Made by a program: the position numbers and the translations under genes
The notes under the pieces: generated by a model
Told to the model about the DNA's origin: nothing
Seen by the model: only the letters and a program-made list of their open reading frames with translations
Database searches by the model: none
Assembly (NCBI GenBank): GCA_028290225.1
Contig: JAQGKH010000310.1
Location: 1-37,037 of the forward strand
From: Devosia sp.
GTDB taxonomy: Bacteria > Pseudomonadota > Alphaproteobacteria > Rhizobiales > Devosiaceae
Length of the DNA stretch: 37,037 nucleotides
Direction: 5' to 3'
In this document: positions 1-8,704 of the stretch, piece after piece
How the letters are laid out: every line of letters starts with the position of its first letter
How positions within the stretch are numbered: position 1 is the stretch's first letter

Positions 1-536
1 CGGATGCGGGTCGTGAGGTCTAGGGCACTGACCGCCTCGTCGGCCAGCAGGAGCTTGGGCCCCGAAACAATGGCCCGGGCAATGGCGATACGCTGGCGCT
101 GTCCGCCCGAGAACTGGTGCGGGTAGCGGCCGGCAACGTCCGGCTCCAGCCCTACCGATTGCAGCGCTGCGGCGACCATGCCGGCATGGTTGCCCGCGAT
201 CCGCAGCGAGCGCAGGGGTTCGGCGACGATGGCGCCGATGGTCTGGCGCGGGTCGAGCGAGGAATAGGGATCCTGGAACACCACCTGCACCTGGCGGCGG
301 AACTCGCGCATGAAGTCGCGGTTGCGCGGATCGAGCAGGGCGCCGTTGAAAGTGATATTGCCGGCTTGCGGCCGCTGCAGTCCAAGGAGAAGGCGGAGGA
401 GGGTGGTCTTGCCCGAACCCGATTCCCCCACCAGGCCAATGGTGTCGCCGGCGGCGACCTCGAGCGAAACATTGTCGAGGATGGGGCGCTCGCTGCTATA
501 GCCGAAATGGACCTGATCGACGCGGATAAGGCTCAT
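1..536 (-). CDS. ABC transporter ATP-binding protein, DppF/OppF-like (3' end beyond window)
   Basis: Not in ORF track. Manual translation from ATG at 536 gives [45 protein letters not shown]... with Walker A, Q-loop [11 protein letters not shown], signature FSGGQRQR and Walker B LLLADE. ATGA overlap with the upstream ATPase stop. Confidence 0.93.
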   Translation of the reverse strand, partial: MSLIRVDQVHFGYSSERPILDNVSLEVAAGDTIGLVGESGSGKTTLLRLLLGLQRPQAGNITFNGALLDPRNRDFMREFRRQVQVVFQDPYSSLDPRQTIGAIVAEPLRSLRIAGNHAGMVAAALQSVGLEPDVAGRYPHQFSGGQRQRIAIARAIVSGPKLLLADEAVSALDLTTRI

Positions 537-1342
537 GCTCGGCCCTCCAGCGCCGCATCGAAACTGCGCGCCGCTGCGAGGAGACCTCTCGTATACTCGT
601 GCTGGGGATTACTGAACACCGCCCCCACCGGCCCGGCCTCCACTGCCTCGCCCCGGCGCAGCACCACCACCCGCTCCACGCTATTGGCGACCACCGGCAG
701 GTCGTGGCTGATGAACAGCAGCGCCATGTTGCGCTCGCGCACCAGCCGGTCGAGCAGATCAAGGATTTCAGCCTGGGTGGTGACATCGAGCGCCGTGGTG
801 GGTTCGTCGGCGATCAACAGGTCGGGGCGGCAGGCCAGGGCCATGGCAATGGCGACGCGCTGCCGCTGCCCACCCGAAAGCTCATGGGGATAAGCGCGCA
901 AAATGCGCGCCGGGTCAGGCAGGGACACTTCGGCCAGCAGCCTCCGGACGGCCTCGGTGAGCGCCGAACCCGCCAGCGGCCGGCCATCACGCCGGGCGCG
1001 GCGCTGGAGCGGCTCAGCAACCTGCCTGCCAATGCGCATCAGCGGATCAAGCGCCGTCAGCGGCTCCTGAAACACCGTGGCGACCACGGTGCCGCGCCAG
1101 CCATTGAGCTTGCGGTCGGGGGTGCCGATCACCTGCTGCCCGTCAAGCAGCACGGAGCCCTCGGCCCGCAGTCCCGCGGGCAGCAACCCAATGGCGGCCA
1201 GCGCCGAGATCGATTTGCCCGAACCCGATTCCCCGATCAGTCCGAGCCGTTCGCCGCGCCCGAGCTGCAGGGAAAGATTGGACACGAGGCGCGTCGGGCC
1301 GGCATGAACCGTAAGGTTCTCGATGGAAAGAACGGCGTTCAT
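533..1342 (-). CDS. ABC transporter ATP-binding protein, DppD/OppD-like
   Basis: [46 protein letters not shown]. Start reassigned to ATG at 1342 ([10 protein letters not shown]), which overlaps the permease stop as ATGA. The track extension to 1762 lies inside the permease. Confidence 0.93.
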   Translation of the reverse strand: MNAVLSIENLTVHAGPTRLVSNLSLQLGRGERLGLIGESGSGKSISALAAIGLLPAGLRAEGSVLLDGQQVIGTPDRKLNGWRGTVVATVFQEPLTALDPLMRIGRQVAEPLQRRARRDGRPLAGSALTEAVRRLLAEVSLPDPARILRAYPHELSGGQRQRVAIAMALACRPDLLIADEPTTALDVTTQAEILDLLDRLVRERNMALLFISHDLPVVANSVERVVVLRRGEAVEAGPVGAVFSNPQHEYTRGLLAAARSFDAALEGRA

Positions 1343-2184
1343 CGGCCGCGTCTCGTGGGATCGATGGCGTCGCGCAGGCCATCGGCAAGCAGGTTCACGC
1401 CGATCACCAGCGACACCAGCGCCAGCCCGGGGGCGATGGCGCCGATGGGCGCCGTATAAACAGTGGCCTGGGCTTCCTGCAGCATCCGCCCCCAGGACGC
1501 ATTGGGCGGCGGTGCGCCGAGCCCGAGAAAGGACAGGGACGCTTCGGCGATCACCGCAAGCCCGAACTGGAGGGCAAAATTGACCGATAGTGTCGGCCAG
1601 ATATTGGGCAGGATATGAATGAGGACGATCTTGGGCCAGGAACTGCCCGAAGTGCGGGCCGCGGTGATGTAATCCATCACCAGCACCCGCTTGGCGAGAA
1701 TGCGCGTCAATCGCGCCACGATGGCAGACAGCGCCAGGCCCAGCGCCAGGATAGCCGACCACAAACTCGCCGTATCGCTGGCCGCGACCACCAGCATGGC
1801 GATCAGGAGGGTAGGGAAGGCGATCAGGATGTCGAGTGCCGCAGCCAGCGCGTCATCCAGCCACTTGCTAGCGAAGGCGGCAAGCAGGCCGAGCGTCACC
1901 CCGATCGCGGCGCCGATAGCCACCGCCCCTGTGCCGACCAGCAAGGCGATGCGGCTGCCGATCATCATCTGCGTCCACAGATCACGTCCGAGCCGATCAG
2001 TGCCCACCCAATGAAGCAGGCTGGGGGCTTCCAGGCGTCCGCCGCTGAACGCTGTGGGATCATAGGGGGTCCAGACGAGGGTCAGCACGCCGACCACAAG
2101 ATGCAGGCCAACCAGCGCGACACCGCTCCACAACAGGAGCGAGCGTGGCCGGCGCCGAGGAGCAGTGACGGGAATGCTGGTCAT
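1339..2184 (-). CDS. Peptide/nickel ABC transporter permease, DppC/OppC-like
   Basis: [11 protein letters not shown] motif, EAA-like loop (YITAARTSG), [17 protein letters not shown]; multiple TM segments. Confidence 0.93.
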   Translation of the reverse strand: MTSIPVTAPRRRPRSLLLWSGVALVGLHLVVGVLTLVWTPYDPTAFSGGRLEAPSLLHWVGTDRLGRDLWTQMMIGSRIALLVGTGAVAIGAAIGVTLGLLAAFASKWLDDALAAALDILIAFPTLLIAMLVVAASDTASLWSAILALGLALSAIVARLTRILAKRVLVMDYITAARTSGSSWPKIVLIHILPNIWPTLSVNFALQFGLAVIAEASLSFLGLGAPPPNASWGRMLQEAQATVYTAPIGAIAPGLALVSLVIGVNLLADGLRDAIDPTRRGR

Positions 2185-3173
2185 GCGGAACCCTCGGAGC
2201 GGCGCCGCAGCCGCGGATCGATCACGCGCTGCAGGAGGTCGGCGGCAAAGCCGATCAGCAGCACAAGGAGGGTAGAAACAAACAGCACGCCCTGCACATT
2301 GGGATAATCGCGCTGCTGAATGGCCAGCAGCAGCATGGAGCCGAGCCCCGGCAGGCTGAACACGCGCTCGATCACTACCGCGCCCAGGAAGGTCGAGGCG
2401 AGCTCGATCCCCAGAATGGAGATGACCGGCACCGCGCCATTGCGGATGCCGTGGCGGATCAGCGCTTCGGGAAAACTGGCGCCCAGGGCGCGAGCGGTGC
2501 GCAGGAAATCACTCCCCAGCACATCGAGCGTGGCGGCGCGCACATAGCGCAGCAGCGAAGCCCCCATCACAAGGCCGATGGTGAGGGCAGGCAGGACCAT
2601 GCCCGTGGCCGCCTCGCCCCAATTACTCCAGCCGCGTAAGGGGAACCCCCCGGACGGCAACCAGCGCAGGTTCACCGCAAACAGCGTCACCAGCAATATG
2701 CCAACCCAGAACACGGGAATGGCGATACCCAGCTGCGACATGACCGAAATGGCCGAGCCATACCAGCGCCCGCTTTTCACTGCCGAAACGATGCCGAGGG
2801 GAATGGCGAGCAGCAGCGCCAGGGTAAAGCCGAGCAGGGTCAGGGGCAGGGTGACCGATAGTCGATTGCCGATTTCGTCGAGCACCGAAACGCGGCTGAC
2901 AAAGGAAGTGCCCAGGTCCAGTCGAGCGATATTGCCAAGGAACGCCACCAATTGCGTCGCCAGCGGCTGGTCAGACCCGACTTGCGCGCGCGCCGCTTCG
3001 ATCTGCTGCTCGGTAGCGCCAACGCCCAGCAGCGCATTGGCCGGATCGCCCGGCAGCAGGCGCAACAGCACAAACAGCACCACCGCCGCGACCAGCAGCG
3101 AGACCAGCAGAATGAATGTGCGACGAATGGTGTAGGCGAGAATGGCTGGGTCCTTTTGGGGGATGCGCGACAC
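2181..3173 (-). CDS. Peptide/nickel ABC transporter permease, DppB/OppB-like (true start possibly ATT at 3143)
   Basis: LLPGDPA, DLGTSF, EAA loop (FLRTARALG), VIERVFSLPGLG, RDYPNVQG; stop overlaps the next ATG. Confidence 0.93.
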   Translation of the reverse strand: MSRIPQKDPAILAYTIRRTFILLVSLLVAAVVLFVLLRLLPGDPANALLGVGATEQQIEAARAQVGSDQPLATQLVAFLGNIARLDLGTSFVSRVSVLDEIGNRLSVTLPLTLLGFTLALLLAIPLGIVSAVKSGRWYGSAISVMSQLGIAIPVFWVGILLVTLFAVNLRWLPSGGFPLRGWSNWGEAATGMVLPALTIGLVMGASLLRYVRAATLDVLGSDFLRTARALGASFPEALIRHGIRNGAVPVISILGIELASTFLGAVVIERVFSLPGLGSMLLLAIQQRDYPNVQGVLFVSTLLVLLIGFAADLLQRVIDPRLRRRSEGSA

Positions 3174-3278
3174 GGGGCAGTGTAGCGGGGGGCAATGGAC
3201 AAAACCACCGGCACAGAGGGGCCACCGTGGGGTTATCCCAAGGACCGGATGGGGTTCATCCGCATTTCAGGCGCTTGT

Positions 3279-3498
3279 CTCCCTCCCCCTGAGCGGGAAG
3301 GATTGAGGAGGGTGGTGTGGGTTGTCACCAAGGGCTCCCACCCCAGCTCCGCCAGGGCCTTGCGGCCAAGCGGCGCTACCCTCCCCGCAAGGGGGAGGGA
3401 GCGATGGAGCCGCGAAGATGCTGGTCGTTGAGGCCAAGCTCCGGCAGTGTGGCTCTTGCCCTTCCCTCTCCGTTGAGGGGAGGGACCCAGGGTGGAGT
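3279..3498. repeat. Cluster of three CCCTCCCC/GGGGAGGG palindromic intergenic repeat units (REP/MITE-like)
   Basis: Units at ~3279-3315 (ctccctccccctgagcgggaagga), ~3337-3401 (..ccctccccgcaagggggaggga) and 3461-3498 (cttccctctccgttgaggggagggacccagggtggagt). TCCCTCCCCC at 3280 is the reverse complement of GGGGGAGGGA at 3391. Confidence 0.75.
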
Positions 3499-3552
3499 CC
3501 AACAGTGGATCACCGGCAGCGCCGCTTCAGCTCAGTGCAACGGCCGGCGCCC

Positions 3553-5037
3553 TTACTCGCCCTTCTGGATATCGTAGGCAAAGAACTGCGAATTGAGCCC
3601 GTTCACCGGATAACCCGTCACATTGGCGGCGGACACGACGATCTGGGGATAAAGATACAGCCAGTTGCTGGCGGCGTCCTCGGCGATGATCCGGTTGGCT
3701 TCGGTCAGCTTTTCGGTTTGTTCGGCCTCGTCGCCGGCAGCTTCGGCGTCGGCGATCAGCTTGACCACATCAGGGTTGTTGTAGCCCCAGTAGAAGTCGG
3801 GATTGCCGTAAAACACGATGTCCCGGTGGTTCACATGCTCCTGCAGCGTCGCCTGGAAGTTCTTCTCCTGGTAGACCTTGGTGTACCATTCATTGGCCGT
3901 GATGATGTTGATGTTCACCTTCACCCCGATCTTGGCATATTCGGTTTGCAGGAACTGCGCGACGATCGGATGGGGGTCGTAGTCGGGCGTGTCGAGGGTA
4001 AACTCGAAGCCATCAGGGTAGCCGGCTTCCGCCAGCAGCGCCTTGGCGCTTTCCACGTCATAGGCATCGACCCCGGTCAGGTCCACATACCAGGGGTCGG
4101 TCGGGGGCACGAATGAGCCGATCAGCGTGCCATAGTCGCCCCAGATCGAATTGAGCAGCTGCGCCTTGTTGGTGGCCCGGGCCAAGGCCTTGCGCACCTG
4201 TGCATTGTCAAACGGCGCCACGCGGTCGTTATAGGCCAGCAACTCCTTGGTGGTCGAAGCGCCCTCGGTAACGGTGAAGGACGGGTTGCCGGTAAATTGC
4301 GCCAGGGAATCGGGGCTCTGCACCGAGGTGATCACATCCACCGCATTGGTCAGCAGCGCGTTGTTGAGCGCCGTTGCCTCGGTGAAGTACTGGAACTGCA
4401 CGCCGCCATTGGTCGGCGCCTCGCCCCAATATTGGTCGAACCGCGCCAGCGCGAGCGCCGAACCGCGGCGCCATTCCGCCAGGGTATAAGGCCCGGTGCC
4501 ATCTTCGGTGGCGGTGATGTCGGCAGCGGCGTCGTTGACGATCCACACATAGGACAGATTATAGGGCAGCGAGATGGACCGTGCCGACAGCGTGATGACC
4601 ACGGTCGCCTCGTCCGGCGTCTCGATGCCCGTGATGGTCGAGAGCGACTTCTTGCGCGAGCTCTTGGAAGCTTCAGCTGTGACGCGCTCGATCGAATATT
4701 TCACGTCGGCCGCGGTCAGCGGGTCGCCCGAGTGGAAGGAAACGCCGGGCTTGAGCTTGAAGGTATAGGTCAGGCCGTCCTCGGAAACGGTGTGGCTTTC
4801 CACCAGCTTGGGCTCGACAGTGCCCGCGTCGGTCAGCTGGAACAAAGCTTCATACACATTGCCGTTGAAGGCCTCGTTGATGCCCTGGCCGGCGCCCGCA
4901 GTGTTGTCGAGATTCTGCGGCTCGTACAACGAGCCGATGCGAATGGTCGCCTCGGCATCGAAATCCTGGGCATAAGCAGCCGGCAGAAGGCTGACACCGG
5001 CTAGAAGCACGGCAGCTAGAAGAGCGGAATTACGCAT
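3553..5037 (-). CDS. ABC transporter substrate-binding protein, family 5 (NikA/DppA/OppA-like)
   Basis: Signal peptide (MRNSALLAAVLLAGVSLLPAAYA), YTFKLKPGVSFHSGDPLTAADVKYS, GTGPY, YDVESAKALLAEAGY; GGAG RBS upstream. Confidence 0.95.
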   Translation of the reverse strand: MRNSALLAAVLLAGVSLLPAAYAQDFDAEATIRIGSLYEPQNLDNTAGAGQGINEAFNGNVYEALFQLTDAGTVEPKLVESHTVSEDGLTYTFKLKPGVSFHSGDPLTAADVKYSIERVTAEASKSSRKKSLSTITGIETPDEATVVITLSARSISLPYNLSYVWIVNDAAADITATEDGTGPYTLAEWRRGSALALARFDQYWGEAPTNGGVQFQYFTEATALNNALLTNAVDVITSVQSPDSLAQFTGNPSFTVTEGASTTKELLAYNDRVAPFDNAQVRKALARATNKAQLLNSIWGDYGTLIGSFVPPTDPWYVDLTGVDAYDVESAKALLAEAGYPDGFEFTLDTPDYDPHPIVAQFLQTEYAKIGVKVNINIITANEWYTKVYQEKNFQATLQEHVNHRDIVFYGNPDFYWGYNNPDVVKLIADAEAAGDEAEQTEKLTEANRIIAEDAASNWLYLYPQIVVSAANVTGYPVNGLNSQFFAYDIQKGE

Positions 5038-5130
5038 GAGGGCTCCACAGAAAGGTTGCCCATCTTAGCCCAGGACCTTGGCTAACTCTAGGAGCCCCGC
5101 AAGGATCGGGTACTCGCCAATGCCGATCTC
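5038..5130 (-). promoter_or_regulatory. Candidate structured 5' leader sequestering the RBS
   Basis: On the minus strand GGGCTCC (5097-5091) is complementary to GGAGCCC containing the SD (5046-5040). It encloses a TTAGCC/GGCTAA hairpin; a GATCGG/CCGATC hairpin (5104-5128) lies upstream. Confidence 0.4.
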
Positions 5131-5283
5131 CGGGTAAGCCTTTCTTCTGGCATGCCGTACGCCAAACGCCTTTTTCATCGGCATCCGCAGCCATCTCTTT
5201 CAACCTTCCGTTCAGGAGCGCCAGCAGCCCCCGCAAGCCAGCCATGCACCTTTCACACTAGCGCCGTACCACACCTGCACATA

Positions 5284-5297
5284 TGTAGGTCCCTACA
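5284..5297. promoter_or_regulatory. Putative MarR operator palindrome overlapping a -10-like element
   Basis: TGTAGG-TC-CCTACA perfect inverted repeat, flanked by CACCT (5272) and AGGTG (5302); overlaps TACAAT (5294-5299) just upstream of marR. Confidence 0.6.
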
Positions 5298-5303
5298 ATA
5301 TAG

Positions 5304-5786
5304 GTGAGCACAGTTATGGCAGAAGCATCGGAGCTCCTCCGCAACATAACCAAGGTCGGACGCGAGCTGAGCGTCGCTTTCGATGTCCACCTCAAGGATC
5401 TCAATCTGACCACGGCCCGCGCCCGCGTCCTCCTGCTGCTGTTGCCCAGCGCGGACGGGGTGAGCCAGGCCGGGGTTACCGATCACCTGCGCGTTGAGCA
5501 TCCCACCGCAGTGCGGATCCTCGATGGGCTGGAAGGCCTTGGCTATATCCAGCGGGTGCCCAGCCCCGATGATCGACGCGCGCGCATGATCGTGTTGACC
5601 CCCGAAGGTCGCATCATCGCTGGGAAAGTGTCCGCCATCGTCAGCGCCCTCAATGACAGCCTGATTGCCCAGCTCGATCCCGCCGAGGTCGAAATCACCA
5701 GCCGCGTCCTTCTGAAGCTTCTTGCCGGGCTGCAGATCATGAAGACCGGCGCGGGCGCGGCGATCCAGGAGCACGCCCTTTCATGA
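5304..5786 (+). CDS. MarR family transcriptional regulator (SlyA-like; start GTG 5304 or ATG 5316)
   Basis: LTTARARVL, HTH region, wing motif RVPSPDDRRARMIVLTPEG. Confidence 0.92.
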   Translation: MSTVMAEASELLRNITKVGRELSVAFDVHLKDLNLTTARARVLLLLLPSADGVSQAGVTDHLRVEHPTAVRILDGLEGLGYIQRVPSPDDRRARMIVLTPEGRIIAGKVSAIVSALNDSLIAQLDPAEVEITSRVLLKLLAGLQIMKTGAGAAIQEHALS

Positions 5787-7528
5787 CCACTCCAGCCAAT
5801 GCAGCGCAACTGGTGGTCCGCGAGGAGGACGAGGTCGCTTTGCCCGCTTCCCCCGGGCAAGCTGCCGAACCAGCATCCAAGCCCGAACCCGCCCCGGCCG
5901 TGTCCGCCCCCGCCGGCGGCATGCCGGCCATGCCGCCATTCGTCCCCAAATCGCCGTTCATGAACCTGGTCTACATTTTTAGCTCGCTGGTGCTGGGTCT
6001 CACCCAGGGCTTGGGGCTCAACCTGATCACGGCCAACCTGCAGGGGCTGCAGGCATCCTTTGGCGCCACCCAGACCGAAATGGGCTGGCTCGCCGCCGCC
6101 TATTTCGCCACCAACCTTGCCGGCACGATCCTGATGTTCAAGGTGCGCACCCAGTTTGGCCTGCGCCGCTTCGCCGAGCTGGGTATTGCCGCCTATGTGC
6201 TGGTGGTGATTGCGCACCTCTTTGCCCATGATCTGCAGTCGGCGATCGTGGTGCGGGCGATCATGGGCGTTGCCGCGGCACCCCTGAGCACGCTCGGCTT
6301 TTACTACATGCTGGAATGGCTGCCGCCGCAAAAGAAGATGACCATTGGCATCTGCTTTGGCATGCTCGGCTCCAGCCTGGCCTTGCCCCTGGCACGGGTG
6401 ATCTCGCCCGATCTGTTGCAGATGGGCGATTGGCAGGGCCTTTATGCGGTTGAAGTGGGCATGGCGCTGGTGTCACTGGCCATTGTCTTTCTGGTGCCGC
6501 TGACCGCGCCGCCCCGCGTCAAGGTGTTCGACCGTGCCGATATCCTGAGCTTTCCGCTAATGACGGTCGGCTTTGGCTGCCTTGCCATCGTGCTCGCCAT
6601 GGGACGTGCCTTCTGGTGGTTCGAGACCCCCTGGATCGGCGAGCTTCTGGCCCTGGGCGTCGCAGCCATGGCCTTGTTCTGCATGGTCGAGCTGCATCGC
6701 TCCAATCCCATTATCGATCTGCGCTGGCTCACCGGGCGTGACATGCTGATCTTTGCTGGAGCGCTGGTGGTGTTTCGCCTGCTGCTCTCGGAACAGTCCG
6801 TGGGTGTCTTCGGGCTCTTCACCGTGTTGAACCTGCAAAACGACCAGCTGATTCCGCTGTTCGGCGTTATCGGCGTGGTCACCTTCCTGGCCACCGCCCT
6901 TCTGAGCCAGATAATCAAGCCGCAGCGAACCGAACTCATTCATTTGACTGCCCTGGTGATGATTGCCGCCGGCAGCTGGATGGATGCGCAAAGCACCGCC
7001 CTGAGCCGGCCTGAACAGTTCTATGTCAGCCAGGCGCTAATGGGTGCGGCCAGCGGGCTGTTCCTGCCGCCAGCCATGCTGAATGGGTTCATGAAGGCAT
7101 TGGCGCGGGGACAGCAGTATATCCTGTCGTTCCTCGCGGTGTTCCTGACCACGCAAAGCCTGGGCGGCCTTTTGGGCAGCGCCATATTCACCACCTTTGT
7201 CGCGTTGCGAGAGCAGTTCCATTCCAACCTGCTCTCGCAAGGCATCACCTTGCTCGATCCGCTGGTCGCGCAGCGTATCCAGGCCTATGGCGGCGCTTAT
7301 GCCCGCGTCCTGACCGATCCGAACCAGCGCAACACGCAGGGGCTGACGCTGCTCGGCCAGTCGCTGACCCAGCAATCCTATGTGCTCGCCTATAACGACC
7401 TGTTCCTCGTCGTCTTCTATGGGGCCTTGGCCGCGGCCGTCGCGCTCCTCATCCATATGGGCTCCAAAAAGCTCGCCACCGCCAAAGCCGCCAAAGCTGC
7501 CGCTGCCACTGCCGCAATCCCGGCCTGA
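5783..7528 (+). CDS. MFS efflux transporter, DHA2/EmrB-like
   Basis: About 14 hydrophobic segments, C-terminal LAYNDLF; ATGA overlap with marR; lies between marR and a HlyD gene. Confidence 0.88.
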   Translation: MTTPANAAQLVVREEDEVALPASPGQAAEPASKPEPAPAVSAPAGGMPAMPPFVPKSPFMNLVYIFSSLVLGLTQGLGLNLITANLQGLQASFGATQTEMGWLAAAYFATNLAGTILMFKVRTQFGLRRFAELGIAAYVLVVIAHLFAHDLQSAIVVRAIMGVAAAPLSTLGFYYMLEWLPPQKKMTIGICFGMLGSSLALPLARVISPDLLQMGDWQGLYAVEVGMALVSLAIVFLVPLTAPPRVKVFDRADILSFPLMTVGFGCLAIVLAMGRAFWWFETPWIGELLALGVAAMALFCMVELHRSNPIIDLRWLTGRDMLIFAGALVVFRLLLSEQSVGVFGLFTVLNLQNDQLIPLFGVIGVVTFLATALLSQIIKPQRTELIHLTALVMIAAGSWMDAQSTALSRPEQFYVSQALMGAASGLFLPPAMLNGFMKALARGQQYILSFLAVFLTTQSLGGLLGSAIFTTFVALREQFHSNLLSQGITLLDPLVAQRIQAYGGAYARVLTDPNQRNTQGLTLLGQSLTQQSYVLAYNDLFLVVFYGALAAAVALLIHMGSKKLATAKAAKAAAATAAIPA

Positions 7529-7549
7529 TTGCCGCCTCGGAGAATAACC

Positions 7550-8593
7550 ATGTCTATCCTCAACTTCCTCAAATCCAAGGGCACCTGGGCGGCCCTGCTG
7601 TTCGGCATCATCGGCGTTGGCGTCGTGCTCTATGCCTGGCAGCTGCCGCCGTTTACCTCCACGGTTCAATCCACCAACAACGCCTTTGTGCGCGGGCGCG
7701 TGACGCTGATTGCACCGCAGCTGGCTGGTTATGTCACCGAAGTGCCGGTGAGTGATTATCAGCAGGTCAGGCAGGGCGACCTGTTGATCAAGCTCGATGA
7801 CCGCATCTATATGCAGCAATTGGCACAAGCCGAGGGCGCCCTCGCGCAGCAGCGTAACGCGCTCGACAATTATGAGCAGAACCGGGCCTCCAAACAGGCC
7901 AGCCTCGATTACGCCAATGCTCAGCTCGCAGCGGCCCAGGCCTCGCTTGATCGCGCCCAGGCTGATGCTGATCGTAGCGAGTCGCTGCTGGCTTCGGGGC
8001 TGTCGCCCCAGTCCAGCAACGATCAGGTCCGCGCCGCCCTGCTGCAGGCCCAGTCCAGCGTTGCCCAGGCGCAGGCCAATATCAGCGTGGCCGAACAAAA
8101 CCTGTCCCTTGTGGAAGGCAGTGTGCCCGGGCTGCAGGGCGCGGTTCATTCCGCCGAAGCGGCTGTCGAACTGGCCAGGATCAATCTGGCCAATACGCGC
8201 ATACTGGCGCCTGTTGATGGCGTACTGGGTGAGGTGACCGCACGGGTCGGCCAATATGTTTCCACTGGCAGCCAGCTCACCTCCGTGACCCCGCCCGACC
8301 GCTGGGTGGTTGCCAACTTCAAGGAAACCCAGCTGGCCAGCGTCCATATCGGGCAGGAGGTGACTTTCTCGGTGGATGCTCTCGATCACCTCAAGCTCAA
8401 GGGACACATCTCCGAAATTTCGCCGGCGACCGGCTCCGAGTTCAGCGTGATCAAGCCGGATAATGCCACGGGCAACTTCACCAAGATCGCGCAGCGCATT
8501 CCTGTCCGCATTGAACTCGATGCTGATCAGGAGCAAGTCGCCCAACTGCGCCCCGGCATGTCCGTCGAGGTCTGGGTGGATACCGATCTCTAG
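7550..8593 (+). CDS. HlyD/EmrA family membrane fusion protein
   Basis: STNNAFV, IAPQLAGYV, coiled coil, ANFKETQL, ATGNFTKIAQRIPVRI, LRPGMSV. ATG at 7550 follows GGAG RBS. Confidence 0.93.
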   Translation: MSILNFLKSKGTWAALLFGIIGVGVVLYAWQLPPFTSTVQSTNNAFVRGRVTLIAPQLAGYVTEVPVSDYQQVRQGDLLIKLDDRIYMQQLAQAEGALAQQRNALDNYEQNRASKQASLDYANAQLAAAQASLDRAQADADRSESLLASGLSPQSSNDQVRAALLQAQSSVAQAQANISVAEQNLSLVEGSVPGLQGAVHSAEAAVELARINLANTRILAPVDGVLGEVTARVGQYVSTGSQLTSVTPPDRWVVANFKETQLASVHIGQEVTFSVDALDHLKLKGHISEISPATGSEFSVIKPDNATGNFTKIAQRIPVRIELDADQEQVAQLRPGMSVEVWVDTDL

Positions 8594-8606
8594 GGGGCAG
8601 GGCCGA

Positions 8607-8630
8607 ATGATGACGCTTTGCCGTCATCAT
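8607..8630. terminator. Stem-loop between convergent genes
   Basis: ATGATGACG-ctttgc-CGTCATCAT perfect 9-bp stem; no clear U-tract. Confidence 0.4.
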
Positions 8631-8704
8631 CTTGCCGCCCGCTCGTTAGGTGGCGAAGGCTGCACGATCTGGAGGGCGCTTGCGCCCGCCCCAGTCATCG
8701 CGGT

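Noticed and set aside
3195-3577. Short ORFs spanning the repeat cluster (3195-3431, 3233-3502, 3317-3577)
   Set aside because: Translations (SLPLAGRV, PSPLRGG) are readouts of the palindromic repeats; no convincing RBS.
7037-8545. 502-aa minus-strand ORF, and similar long ORFs such as 9119-10267, 21408-22601, 29451-30824 and 33132-34007
   Set aside because: Antisense shadows of well-supported genes, expected in high-GC DNA; no recognisable motifs.
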